A stretch of DNA of 64,000 bases. Origin: Candidatus Kerfeldbacteria bacterium (GTDB lineage Bacteria > Patescibacteriota > Patescibacteriia > SBBC01 > CAIJZX01). The DNA lies in assembly GCA_963731735.1 (NCBI GenBank), contig CAVSWO010000001.1:64761-128760 (forward strand), given 5' to 3'. The position numbers and the translations under genes were made by a program. This document shows positions 57,168-64,000 of this stretch, piece after piece; the stretch's first letter is position 1; each line of letters begins with the position of its first letter. Under the pieces are notes generated by a model. That model searched no databases. It saw nothing but the letters and a program-made list of their open reading frames with translations, and was not told the origin of the DNA.

Positions 57168-58145
57168 TTAAAATCCCCGTCGCATACCCCGGAAGGCCTG
57201 GCGTTTGCGTTCAGATGAATCTTGGGTATCGCGTAACGCATGTCCGGTCACATTCAAAAATACATCTTCCAGACTCGGTTCATGAATTTCAATCGAACGA
57301 ATTGGAGTTGAGGTGGCTTTAATCATATCCGGTAAACGGGTGGCTGCGTCAGCAATTTCGATCCGTAACGTTTGGCCGTGAATTTTACTCGTCAATTGCA
57401 ATTTCGCCTGCAGTTCAGCCGCCAGACCGGCCGGATCCTGAGTCGTCAAGGTAATCACGTCTCCGCCGACTGCGTCTTTCAGCTTTTCCGGCGTGTCCAG
57501 TCGCACTATTTTTCCATGATCAATAATCCCGATCCGATCGCAGTACTCGGCTTCGTTCATGTAGTGCGTGGTTAAGAAAATTGTCATGTGTTTCTCGCGC
57601 TTGAGTTTCAGAATATAGGTCCATAAATGATTTCGGGTTTGCGGATCCAGGCCGAGCGTCGGTTCGTCCAGAAACAGAATCTTCGGGTAATGCAGCAACC
57701 CGCGGGCGATCTCCAAACGACGTTTCATGCCGCCGGAGAATGTCTCCACCTTGTCTTTCCGCCGGTCCCAAAGCTCGACCAAGTCAAGCACCTCCCGTAA
57801 ACGCTCCGGGTAGACATCCGACGGAACCCGGTAGAGCCGCGCATGCAGCATTAAATTCTCTTCCGCGGTCAATTTTAAATCGAGGGCCGGCTCCTGAAAG
57901 ACCAGGCCGATTGATTGGCGCACTTCGTTCCGGTGTTTCACCACATCAAAACCCGCCAACTGGACGTGCCCGCTGGTCGGTTTGAGGAGTGTACATAAAA
58001 TGCTGATGGTGGTGGTTTTCCCGGCTCCATTCGGACCCAGAAAGCCAAAAATCTCCCCTTCGCTGACCTTGAAGGAAATGCTATCAACGGCCGTAAAGTC
58101 GCCGTAACGCTTGGTCAGTTGCGCCACTTCGATAACGTCGCTCAT
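57168..58145 (-). CDS. ABC transporter ATP-binding protein
   Basis: Walker A motif GPNGAGKTT, signature FSGGMKRR, and Walker B ILFLDEPT. Confidence 0.88.
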   Translation of the reverse strand: MSDVIEVAQLTKRYGDFTAVDSISFKVSEGEIFGFLGPNGAGKTTTISILCTLLKPTSGHVQLAGFDVVKHRNEVRQSIGLVFQEPALDLKLTAEENLMLHARLYRVPSDVYPERLREVLDLVELWDRRKDKVETFSGGMKRRLEIARGLLHYPKILFLDEPTLGLDPQTRNHLWTYILKLKREKHMTIFLTTHYMNEAEYCDRIGIIDHGKIVRLDTPEKLKDAVGGDVITLTTQDPAGLAAELQAKLQLTSKIHGQTLRIEIADAATRLPDMIKATSTPIRSIEIHEPSLEDVFLNVTGHALRDTQDSSERKRQAFRGMRRGF

Positions 58146-58384
58146 GTTTTGGATTTCTTGAGAACTTCCCGCAAGCCTTCCAGCCGCTGGCTCAAATGGT
58201 CGGCAAACCGCTCGAGTTGTTCAGATTTGGTCAGGGCCAGGATATTCCCGCCCATCCCAAAGACCAGCAATTTATCGCCGGTTTTGAGGCCCAAGGCTTT
58301 CCGGGCCTCGGCCGGCACTACCACTTGTCCTTTTTCACCCAGGGTGGTCGCGCCGAAGAAGTGTTTTTTATGGGAATGTTTCAT
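58142..58384 (-). CDS. AbrB/MazE/SpoVT-family DNA-binding protein (80 aa)
   Basis: Swapped-hairpin motif (GEKGQVVVPAEARKALGLKTGDKLLVF). First gene of the ABC operon, overlapping the next start. Confidence 0.7.
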   Translation of the reverse strand: MKHSHKKHFFGATTLGEKGQVVVPAEARKALGLKTGDKLLVFGMGGNILALTKSEQLERFADHLSQRLEGLREVLKKSKT

Positions 58385-58467
58385 CGAGTGTGGATAATCC
58401 TACTTGTAAGAATTGTAGGAATTCCAGTATAGCAAGCCGGCCGCGGTTGTCAAGCCTCCCCTCCGGA

Positions 58468-59073
58468 TTAGTTGCCCGCGAACAACCGGCGAATGATTTG
58501 TCGCACCTGGGGAAGATGTGGTTGCGAGAAGTGCCCACTCCGTTTGGTGACGACAATCTTGGCTCGGGGCCAAGCCCGATGATAGGCCTGCAACTCGGCA
58601 AACGGGACAATTGGGTCATCTTGGCTATGCAGCAGCCAGATTTGGGGTACTTGGTGTGCCACCCGGGACAGCGATCGCGGTAATCTAAAGTCCCCTATCT
58701 CCTCGGTTTGATTGTGTGGCGCGGCAACCAAAATTAATCCCCGTATGCTTTTCCGGAAGGTGGTGGTGGCCAAATATTTTGCGAGAAAAATCCCGCCCAG
58801 AGAGTGACCAATTAAGACCACGCCGGGATGGATATATGGCAGCATCCGCTCAAACCAGATTTTCCATTCACGATAGACCGCATTATTTTTATTGGGCATG
58901 CGCGGTTGCAACACCTCATAGCTGCGTCCCAGATCACTCGCTAAGTTCGTTTTCCAATCTGGATGTGGCAGAAACGTGTCTTTTGAGACTGGCCAGCGTC
59001 GCAAGGCGCGAAGATACCGGGCCGGTGACGCGAATGAATCTCCACCGTGGATTACAACAATTTGATGTTTCAT
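58468..59073 (-). CDS. alpha/beta hydrolase (serine esterase-like, about 200 aa)
   Basis: IVVIHGGDSF and GHSLGG nucleophile elbow. Start taken at MKHQIVVIHGG. Confidence 0.65.
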   Translation of the reverse strand: MKHQIVVIHGGDSFASPARYLRALRRWPVSKDTFLPHPDWKTNLASDLGRSYEVLQPRMPNKNNAVYREWKIWFERMLPYIHPGVVLIGHSLGGIFLAKYLATTTFRKSIRGLILVAAPHNQTEEIGDFRLPRSLSRVAHQVPQIWLLHSQDDPIVPFAELQAYHRAWPRAKIVVTKRSGHFSQPHLPQVRQIIRRLFAGN

Positions 59074-59255
59074 AGAGAGATTTGCAATTTCCGATACGGT
59101 TAGTCTACAGGAAAATGCCGGAAAAAGCATTTTCATTTGGCGGCCAGCGGAGTTCCCCGCTCCAACCGATTGAATCAAGGATTGATTGACAATTCCGGCA
59201 CAATTGGCTAGGTTCACAACCTCAATCGAAGGAGCAGCTCTTTCACGGAGGAACT

Positions 59256-59519
59256 ATGACCCGCCAAACGGTTACCCACCGGAAGCGATCGAAAATCAAT
59301 CAGGCCTTCGCTACGGCCGCGATTGACTCCCTCGGTTCCGCTCCCGGGCCGGTGAGTGACGCGATGTTGCTGGGAGATGATTACCTGGTTTTGCTGACCC
59401 GGATCAACCAACTGCTCGGAAATCCGGCCGACCATTTCCACGGCCTGGGCGCCCAATCGACGATTGGCCAAGCCAAGACTTTCTTCATGGCTTTGCACAT
59501 CCCGCTCCCGCCCGTCTAA
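59256..59519 (+). CDS. hypothetical protein (87 aa)
   Basis: GGAGGA lies 5 nt upstream of the ATG, and a terminator follows. Confidence 0.45.
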   Translation: MTRQTVTHRKRSKINQAFATAAIDSLGSAPGPVSDAMLLGDDYLVLLTRINQLLGNPADHFHGLGAQSTIGQAKTFFMALHIPLPPV

Positions 59520-59526
59520 CTATGTC

Positions 59527-59560
59527 TGCCCCGGATGCATCAACGCCGGGGCTTTTTTTC
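59527..59560 (+). terminator. intrinsic terminator (GCCCCGG…CCGGGGC followed by TTTTTTTCTT)
   Basis: GC-rich hairpin followed by a run of seven T residues, immediately after the 87-aa ORF. Confidence 0.6.
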
Positions 59561-59660
59561 TTAGTACCAGTCGGCTTGACGCCCAGGGGAGAATTCTTTA
59601 TAGTCAGCCTTCGTTCATTCAGCGCCTTGTTCACCCCTGGTACAACATGGAGGTTCGCCA

Positions 59661-59813
59661 ATGATTTGGCAGGCATTGCACAACGTTGGCCGCATCTTGG
59701 AGGCCCTGTCACCGCTTTGGATGGTCATGTTTTTCTTCGCGGCTGCCATCGCGATGCTGTATGCCTTACGGCGGTTGGACCGCCTTTTCGGCACCCGCGG
59801 GCACCGCAAGTAA
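59661..59813 (+). CDS. small hypothetical membrane protein (50 aa)
   Basis: GGAGG lies 8 nt upstream of the ATG. One transmembrane helix (LWMVMFFFAAAIAMLYAL). Found manually. Confidence 0.4.
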   Translation: MIWQALHNVGRILEALSPLWMVMFFFAAAIAMLYALRRLDRLFGTRGHRK

Positions 59814-59825
59814 CCCGCTCCCCTA

Positions 59826-59858
59826 ATCGACCGGACACCCGTCCGGTCGTTTTTTTAT
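59826..59858 (+). terminator. intrinsic terminator (GACCGGAC-accc-GTCCGGTC followed by GTTTTTTTAT)
   Basis: Perfect 8-bp stem followed by a T7 run. Sits between convergent genes, so it may be bidirectional. Confidence 0.6.
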
Positions 59859-61102
59859 CGTTCGTAGGTTACGGCCGCGTCGGAAAAATTCTCCACGCTG
59901 GCGCAGGATTTCCCGGGAAAGGCTTCGGCCGTGATATTCCGGGTAGCCGTCATTTGGACCAGGAAGCAGCCTTGGACATCCGGGTATTTATGCAAGCTGA
60001 TGGGCCCGGTTGGGAGCGTCATCCCATCCCAGTTTTGTCCGTTCACGTACGACCGGTAGTCTACCAGCGTGTATTTGACCAGGCCGGTCTCGAGACTGAC
60101 CTCAGCCGGATTCGGGCTATCTTCTTTTGCCGCGAACTGCTTGGCGCCGCCCGGCCAGTTGCCGATCGACAGGACCCAGGCTGAGGGGTCCAGGTAATCC
60201 GGCGCCAGTGACAAATGTCCCGTCCAGTAATTTCCAGCGGATTCACCCCGAAGACCGTTATACCCGTGGGTACCGGTTTGGAACCAATTGCCGATCAGCC
60301 GCCCGTCCACGTCGTAGTCAATTTTTCCGCTTCGGGGTTCGACTTGGCGGGCGTACTTAGCCAAGGCCAAGGCTTTGGCCTCATCCGTATAGTAATTCAG
60401 CGGATCAGCCGTGTACTGTTTCCAGGCTTCGGCTGAGTAGTCATCCAAATTCACGAACCCGGTCAGTTTATGCTCGGTGTCCCAGACGGCATAATCGAGC
60501 GTTTGCCCGCCGATTTTCCCGATCAGTTGCCCGGCCGTGACCGGCAAATCAATGTTGTTCCCCTGGGCCGCATAGGCCGCTTGAATGTCCGGCGCCAGGC
60601 TGGTAACCAGGTCATAGTAATACAACAGTCGACAGCTGATAGCGAAGACTAAGCGGTAATCGGTCACCGTCTGATCGGCGTAGTCCCCAAATCCGTTATG
60701 CTGCCGAGTGCTGATTCCAACCAAGCGCGCGTCAGCCACGGCGTAGACGTTATACGTATCCGGGGCCGAATTGAAATCGGTTGGGGAAAAATATTGGTGA
60801 TCGATTGGCGTGACATGCGCGCCGACAACCAAGCCATACGGAAGAATCATGGCATAATCTTCTTGATTCATCGGCAAACGCGGAATCAGCGGTTTATCAC
60901 TGCCGACGCAGTGTTGCGCGCTCAATTCTTTCCCGGCCTGATCGGCCGCCAGGATAGCCGGCTGCTTGGTCGTGGCGGTAGCCGGGGTGCCTGATTGGTT
61001 TGTCTGACTGTCCCGGTTTGTTCGGGTCGAGCCGTACCAAACACCCAGCCCGACCAGCAGTACCACGCCGACGGCGGTCAACCAAAGAATAGGATTACGC
61101 AT
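59855..61102 (-). CDS. secreted/membrane-anchored hypothetical protein (415 aa)
   Basis: Start at MRNPILWLTAVGVVLLVGLGVWYG (signal anchor). The ORF-track extension to 61654 runs into the high-GC region with Arg/Ala-rich nonsense and is rejected. Confidence 0.55.
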   Translation of the reverse strand: MRNPILWLTAVGVVLLVGLGVWYGSTRTNRDSQTNQSGTPATATTKQPAILAADQAGKELSAQHCVGSDKPLIPRLPMNQEDYAMILPYGLVVGAHVTPIDHQYFSPTDFNSAPDTYNVYAVADARLVGISTRQHNGFGDYADQTVTDYRLVFAISCRLLYYYDLVTSLAPDIQAAYAAQGNNIDLPVTAGQLIGKIGGQTLDYAVWDTEHKLTGFVNLDDYSAEAWKQYTADPLNYYTDEAKALALAKYARQVEPRSGKIDYDVDGRLIGNWFQTGTHGYNGLRGESAGNYWTGHLSLAPDYLDPSAWVLSIGNWPGGAKQFAAKEDSPNPAEVSLETGLVKYTLVDYRSYVNGQNWDGMTLPTGPISLHKYPDVQGCFLVQMTATRNITAEAFPGKSCASVENFSDAAVTYER

Positions 61103-61139
61103 AGGTTTACTTTTACGTTGTTGGCAGCATGTAATGGAA

Positions 61140-62330
61140 CCGGTGGCGGCAAGGGCGACGAAGCTCCACCAAACTCGACGCGGTGCGCGCCGAGCTGGGG
61201 GCCGAGGCGATCCCCGTGGTGCTGGGTGATGGGGACGACGAGGCATCGCTGGGCAGCGCTCGCGGAGCGCACCCACGTGGTGTGCACGACGGTCGGGCCC
61301 TACGCCCGCTACGGCGCCGAGCTGGTCGGCGCGTGCGCCCGCGCCGGCACCGACTACTGCGACCTGTGCGGCGAGACCCAGTTCATCCGGCGCATGATCG
61401 ACGCCCACCACGAGACGCGCGCGCGACAGCGGCGCCCGCATCGTCCACTGCTGCGGCTTCGACTCGATCCCGTCGGACCTCGGCGTCCTGCTCCTGCAGG
61501 AGAGATGACGCGCCTCCACGGCCACCCGGCCGAGCGGGTGACCTCGTTCTTCGGCGAGAGCCGCGGCAAGTTCAGCGGCGGCACGGTCGCCAGCATGCTG
61601 AACGTCGCCGACGAGATCGCGGCGCGACCGGTCGGTGCTGCGCGTCCTCGGCAACCCCTACGCGCTCGATCCCGATCCGCGAGCGCGGCGGCCCCGACAA
61701 GGGCGACGCCAAGGGCATCGGCTACGACGCGGCCTGCACGCGTTCACCGCGCCGTTCGTGATGGCGGCGATCAACACCCGCGTGGTCCGGCGCAGCCACG
61801 CCCTGCTCGGCTACCCGTACGGCGCGCGACTTCCGCTACGACGAGGCGGTGCTCACCGGCGCGGGCCCTTCGGCTGGCCAAGGCCGGCGGGCGTCGGCCG
61901 GCCCCGGCGGCGCATGGCGGCCTGCGCGATCGGACCGCTGCGGCGCGCGGCTGTCGCGCTTCCTGCCCAGCCCGGGCGGGGCCGCGCCGAGGCGCGCGAG
62001 GCGGGCTTCTTCGATATCGCGTTCTTCGCGAGCATCCCGACGACAAGCGCACGAGCCTGCGCGCCCGGGTGACCGGCGACCGCGACCCGGGCTACGGCTC
62101 GACCTCGAAGATGCTCGGCGAGAGCGCGGTGTGCCTGGCGAAGCGACCCGCCGGGGCGGGCGGAGGCTTCTGGACGCCGGCCTCGGCCATGGGCGACGCG
62201 CTGCTCGCGCGTCGCCAAGAACGCGGGCTGACCTTCACGATCATCGGTTCAGCCACGCTCAAAGGGGGACGTTCCCTCCTCCGTCGCCCAACTCCACTTT
62301 TCGAGCCCGCGGCTTCGCCGCCGGGCTGAG
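61140..62330 (+). pseudogene. saccharopine-dehydrogenase-family (Sacchrp_dh_NADP / trans-acting enoyl reductase-like) gene fragment, 5'-truncated with multiple frameshifts
   Basis: Recognisable segments lie in different frames (…TTVGPYARYGAELVGACARAGTDYCDLCGETQFIRRMIDAHHE…; …CGFDSIPSDLGVLLLQE…; …MTRLHGHPAERVTSFFGESRGKFSGGTVASMLNVADEIAARP…). No N-terminal Rossmann segment. GC about 70%. Confidence 0.5.
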
Positions 62331-62339
62331 TTGGGCAAC

Positions 62340-62760
62340 AAAGCAGGAACGTCCCCCCTGGTTGCCTAGGCGTCCTTGAGCTCGATCAGGATCTCGGATA
62401 GGTCTTCTTGCCGACGTTGACGCCCACTCGGTGCCGCCCTTGGGCACCGGCACGGTGTTGCCGCCTCGGCGGGACCACGCCGACGAAGGATCCATGCCGC
62501 TGTCCTTCGGCGGGACGCCCGCCACCAGATCGCCCCGAGAGATCGCCAGGTAGTAGTCGTGCTCGTGGTGGTGGAGGTCCGAGGCCTCGCCGGGCGCGAG
62601 CATCATCTCCCAGATCTGACCCGTTGTCGTCCTCGAAGAGCACGCTGGGTGCCGACGCCGCCGATCGGGTCGCCGGCGTGCTCTTCGCGGAACTTCTCCA
62701 GTCGCTCGCGGATCTCCGGGGTCAGCTCTCCGTACTGGGGCATCGAGAACGGGGCGGGCA
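62340..62760 (-). pseudogene. cupin-like small protein gene, frameshifted
   Basis: Segments MPAPFSMPQYGELTPEIRERLEKFREEHAGDP…, then …LFEDDNGSDLG…, then …EASDLHHHEHDYYLAISRGDLVAGVPPKDSG… fall in three frames of the minus strand. Confidence 0.35.
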
Positions 62761-62796
62761 TGGGTCTCTCCTCTCGCTCGTGCGGGGCGGATTCTA

Positions 62797-64000
62797 TCAG
62801 GACTTCCCGGCCGCGGCCTTCTTGCGCTCGTAGAGCGCCCTGCGCAGGTTCGGGCTGGTGACGCCCTCCGGGATCTCCTCCAGGGGTCGGGCGATGTCCT
62901 CGGGCATCACGGCCACGCGCTCGGCGTCGGGCCGCAGCGCCTCGAGGTCGAAGCCGTAGAGCGCCGCCGCGTTCTCGCCCAGCATCATGCGCACCTCGCG
63001 CTCGGGTCCACCTCGGAGAAGGCCAGGCGCATGTTCTCCCGCGAGTAGGGGTAGCAGCCCTCGTAGTGGGGGTAGTCGTTGCCCCAGAGGATGCGGTCGA
63101 CGCCCACGATCTCGCGGCCCTCGATGTCCGCGGGCGAGGGAAGCTCGCGCCGTACCAGCAGTTGCGCTTGGCGTAGAAGCTGGGCGGCTCCGCGCAGGGT
63201 CTTCGACTTCGAGATACTCGACCTCGCCCATCATGCCCAGTCTTCATGCCCATGTGGATGCCGTCCATGCGGCGCATCAGCCCCGGCGCCCAGGCGCAGC
63301 CCGACTCGGTGAGGATGTAGCGGAGCTTCGGGAAGCGCTCGAAGACGCCGCCCAGGATCAGCTGGCAGTAGCCGCGCTGGACGAAGAAGGGCATCTCCAG
63401 CACCCAGAGCGCCTCGGCGCCCTGGTCGTCGCCGTAGCTCGGGCGAGCCCTGGCCCGAGTGCTGGTTGATCACCAGGTCGCAGTCCTGGATCGCCGCCCA
63501 CAGCCGGTCGTAGTCCGGCGGCGTAGAGCGGCTGCGAGGTGCACGTCGTCGAGGGCGAGGGCAGGGGCAGCAGCACGCCGCCGCGCAGACCGTGCTCGGC
63601 GATCCAGCTGCACGTCCTCGATGGCGTCGTCCACGTCGTTCAGGTGGATCAGGCCGATGCCCGCGCGGCGCGCGGGCTCCTCGGCGCAGAAGTCGGCCAG
63701 CCAGCGGTTGTGGGCGCGCGTGCCCGCGCAGCCAGCGCTCGTACTGCTCGGGCTTCGGCGGCGGCGACACGTGGAAGGCCTTGTCGTAGAAGGGCGGCAC
63801 CGTGTTGGGGAAGATCACCTCGGCCACCACGCCGTCGCTCTCCAGGTCGGCGCGGCGCTCGGCCGAGTCCCAGTTCTTGGTCTTCTTGCCGCCGACGTGC
63901 TTCTTCGACGGGTTGCGGTAGGCGCCGCGCCAGGCGTCGAAGTCGTCGCGGTATTGCGGGTCGAGGTACTCGCGGTAGCTGTCGATGGCGGCGCCGGCGT
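62797..64000 (-). pseudogene. amidohydrolase-2-family (metal-dependent hydrolase/decarboxylase-like) gene, frameshifted, 5' end beyond window
   Basis: C-terminal …MMLGENAAALYGFDLEALRPDAERVAVMPEDIARPLEEIPEG. Upstream pieces …GYCQLILGGVFERFPKLRYILTESGCAWAPGLMRRMDGIHMG… and …PDYDRLWAAIQDCDLVINQHSGQGSPE… and MVAEVIFPNTVPPFYDKAFHV… lie in different frames. Confidence 0.45.

Noticed and set aside
59522-60184. 220-aa plus-strand ORF overlapping two terminators and the secreted-protein gene
   Set aside because: It spans two intrinsic terminators and a separately supported small gene (59661-59813), then runs antisense to the 415-aa gene. It has no motif and no start context.
61103-61654. N-terminal 184-aa extension of ORF 59855-61654
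   Set aside because: It translates the high-GC foreign segment as Arg/Ala/Pro-rich nonsense. A proper signal-anchor start (MRNPILW) exists at 61102, exactly at the GC junction.
61635-62379. Several 90-190 aa Arg/Ala/Gly-rich ORFs on both strands in the high-GC tail (e.g. 61635-62072, 61849-62379, 61771-62052, 61853-62218)
   Set aside because: These are typical spurious long ORFs of 70% GC DNA, and they overlap the recognisable frameshifted gene fragments.
1-64000. CRISPR arrays, integrases, transposases, rRNA genes
   Set aside because: Scanned for short regularly spaced direct repeats and for characteristic recombinase or transposase motifs (DDE, R-H-R-Y). None was seen. The only repeat families are those reported.

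Overview
Most of this 64-kb window (about 1-61100) is moderate-GC, tightly packed bacterial DNA. The contig is probably from a small-genome Candidate Phyla Radiation (Patescibacteria)-like organism; that is inference from gene content. It carries a dense run of housekeeping genes with many 1-14 nt start/stop overlaps: a 5'-truncated BNR repeat gene, frr, rseP, mreBCD-PBP2, greA, lysS, an HD-domain gene, serS, alr, an FtsQ-like gene, gltX, a WecB/TagA transferase, priA-def-fmt, a processive GT2 synthase, a DUF59 Fe-S protein, trxB, hup, a beta-CASP RNase, a CPA2 antiporter, ftsEX, a DD-carboxypeptidase fused to an RlpA domain, a parvulin PPIase, ftsB, lepA and murJ. Three tRNAs can be folded by hand (Gln-UUG, Gly-CCC, Thr-CGU), and an RNase P RNA with large insertions is recognisable on the minus strand. 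A pentose/nucleotide-salvage cluster sits at 23.5-28.1 kb: an archaeal-type AMP phosphorylase, a PfkB kinase, class II aldolase, rpe and rpiB. A cell-surface polysaccharide locus sits at 47.3-53.6 kb: a DUF4012-like protein, two GT4 enzymes, a Wzz-like protein and a sugar transferase. Two tandem ABC-2 exporter pairs with an AbrB-type regulator follow. The most unusual stretch is a roughly 4-kb gene-sparse island at 43.3-47.3 kb between murJ and the polysaccharide locus. It holds seven small minus-strand ORFs (two with extremely arginine/lysine-rich C-terminal tails, one Cys-rich, one acidic, two membrane proteins), a conserved leader motif shared by two of those genes, a strong palindrome, and a family of GTGCTCTCC(CCTCC) repeats. 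Other oddities: apparent frameshifts in an EnvC-like M23 peptidase, in a LigB/Memo-like gene at an A6 run, and possibly at the GT2 N-terminus; a PriA homolog with degenerate ATPase motifs; and a duplicated 25-nt tRNA-Gln 3' end. The last roughly 2.9 kb changes abruptly to about 70% GC and carries frameshift-riddled actinobacterial-type gene fragments, which suggests a chimeric join or a degraded foreign insertion. No CRISPR array, integrase or transposase was seen. All coordinates that I derived by hand (RNAs, refined starts, repeats) should be treated as accurate to within a few nucleotides.
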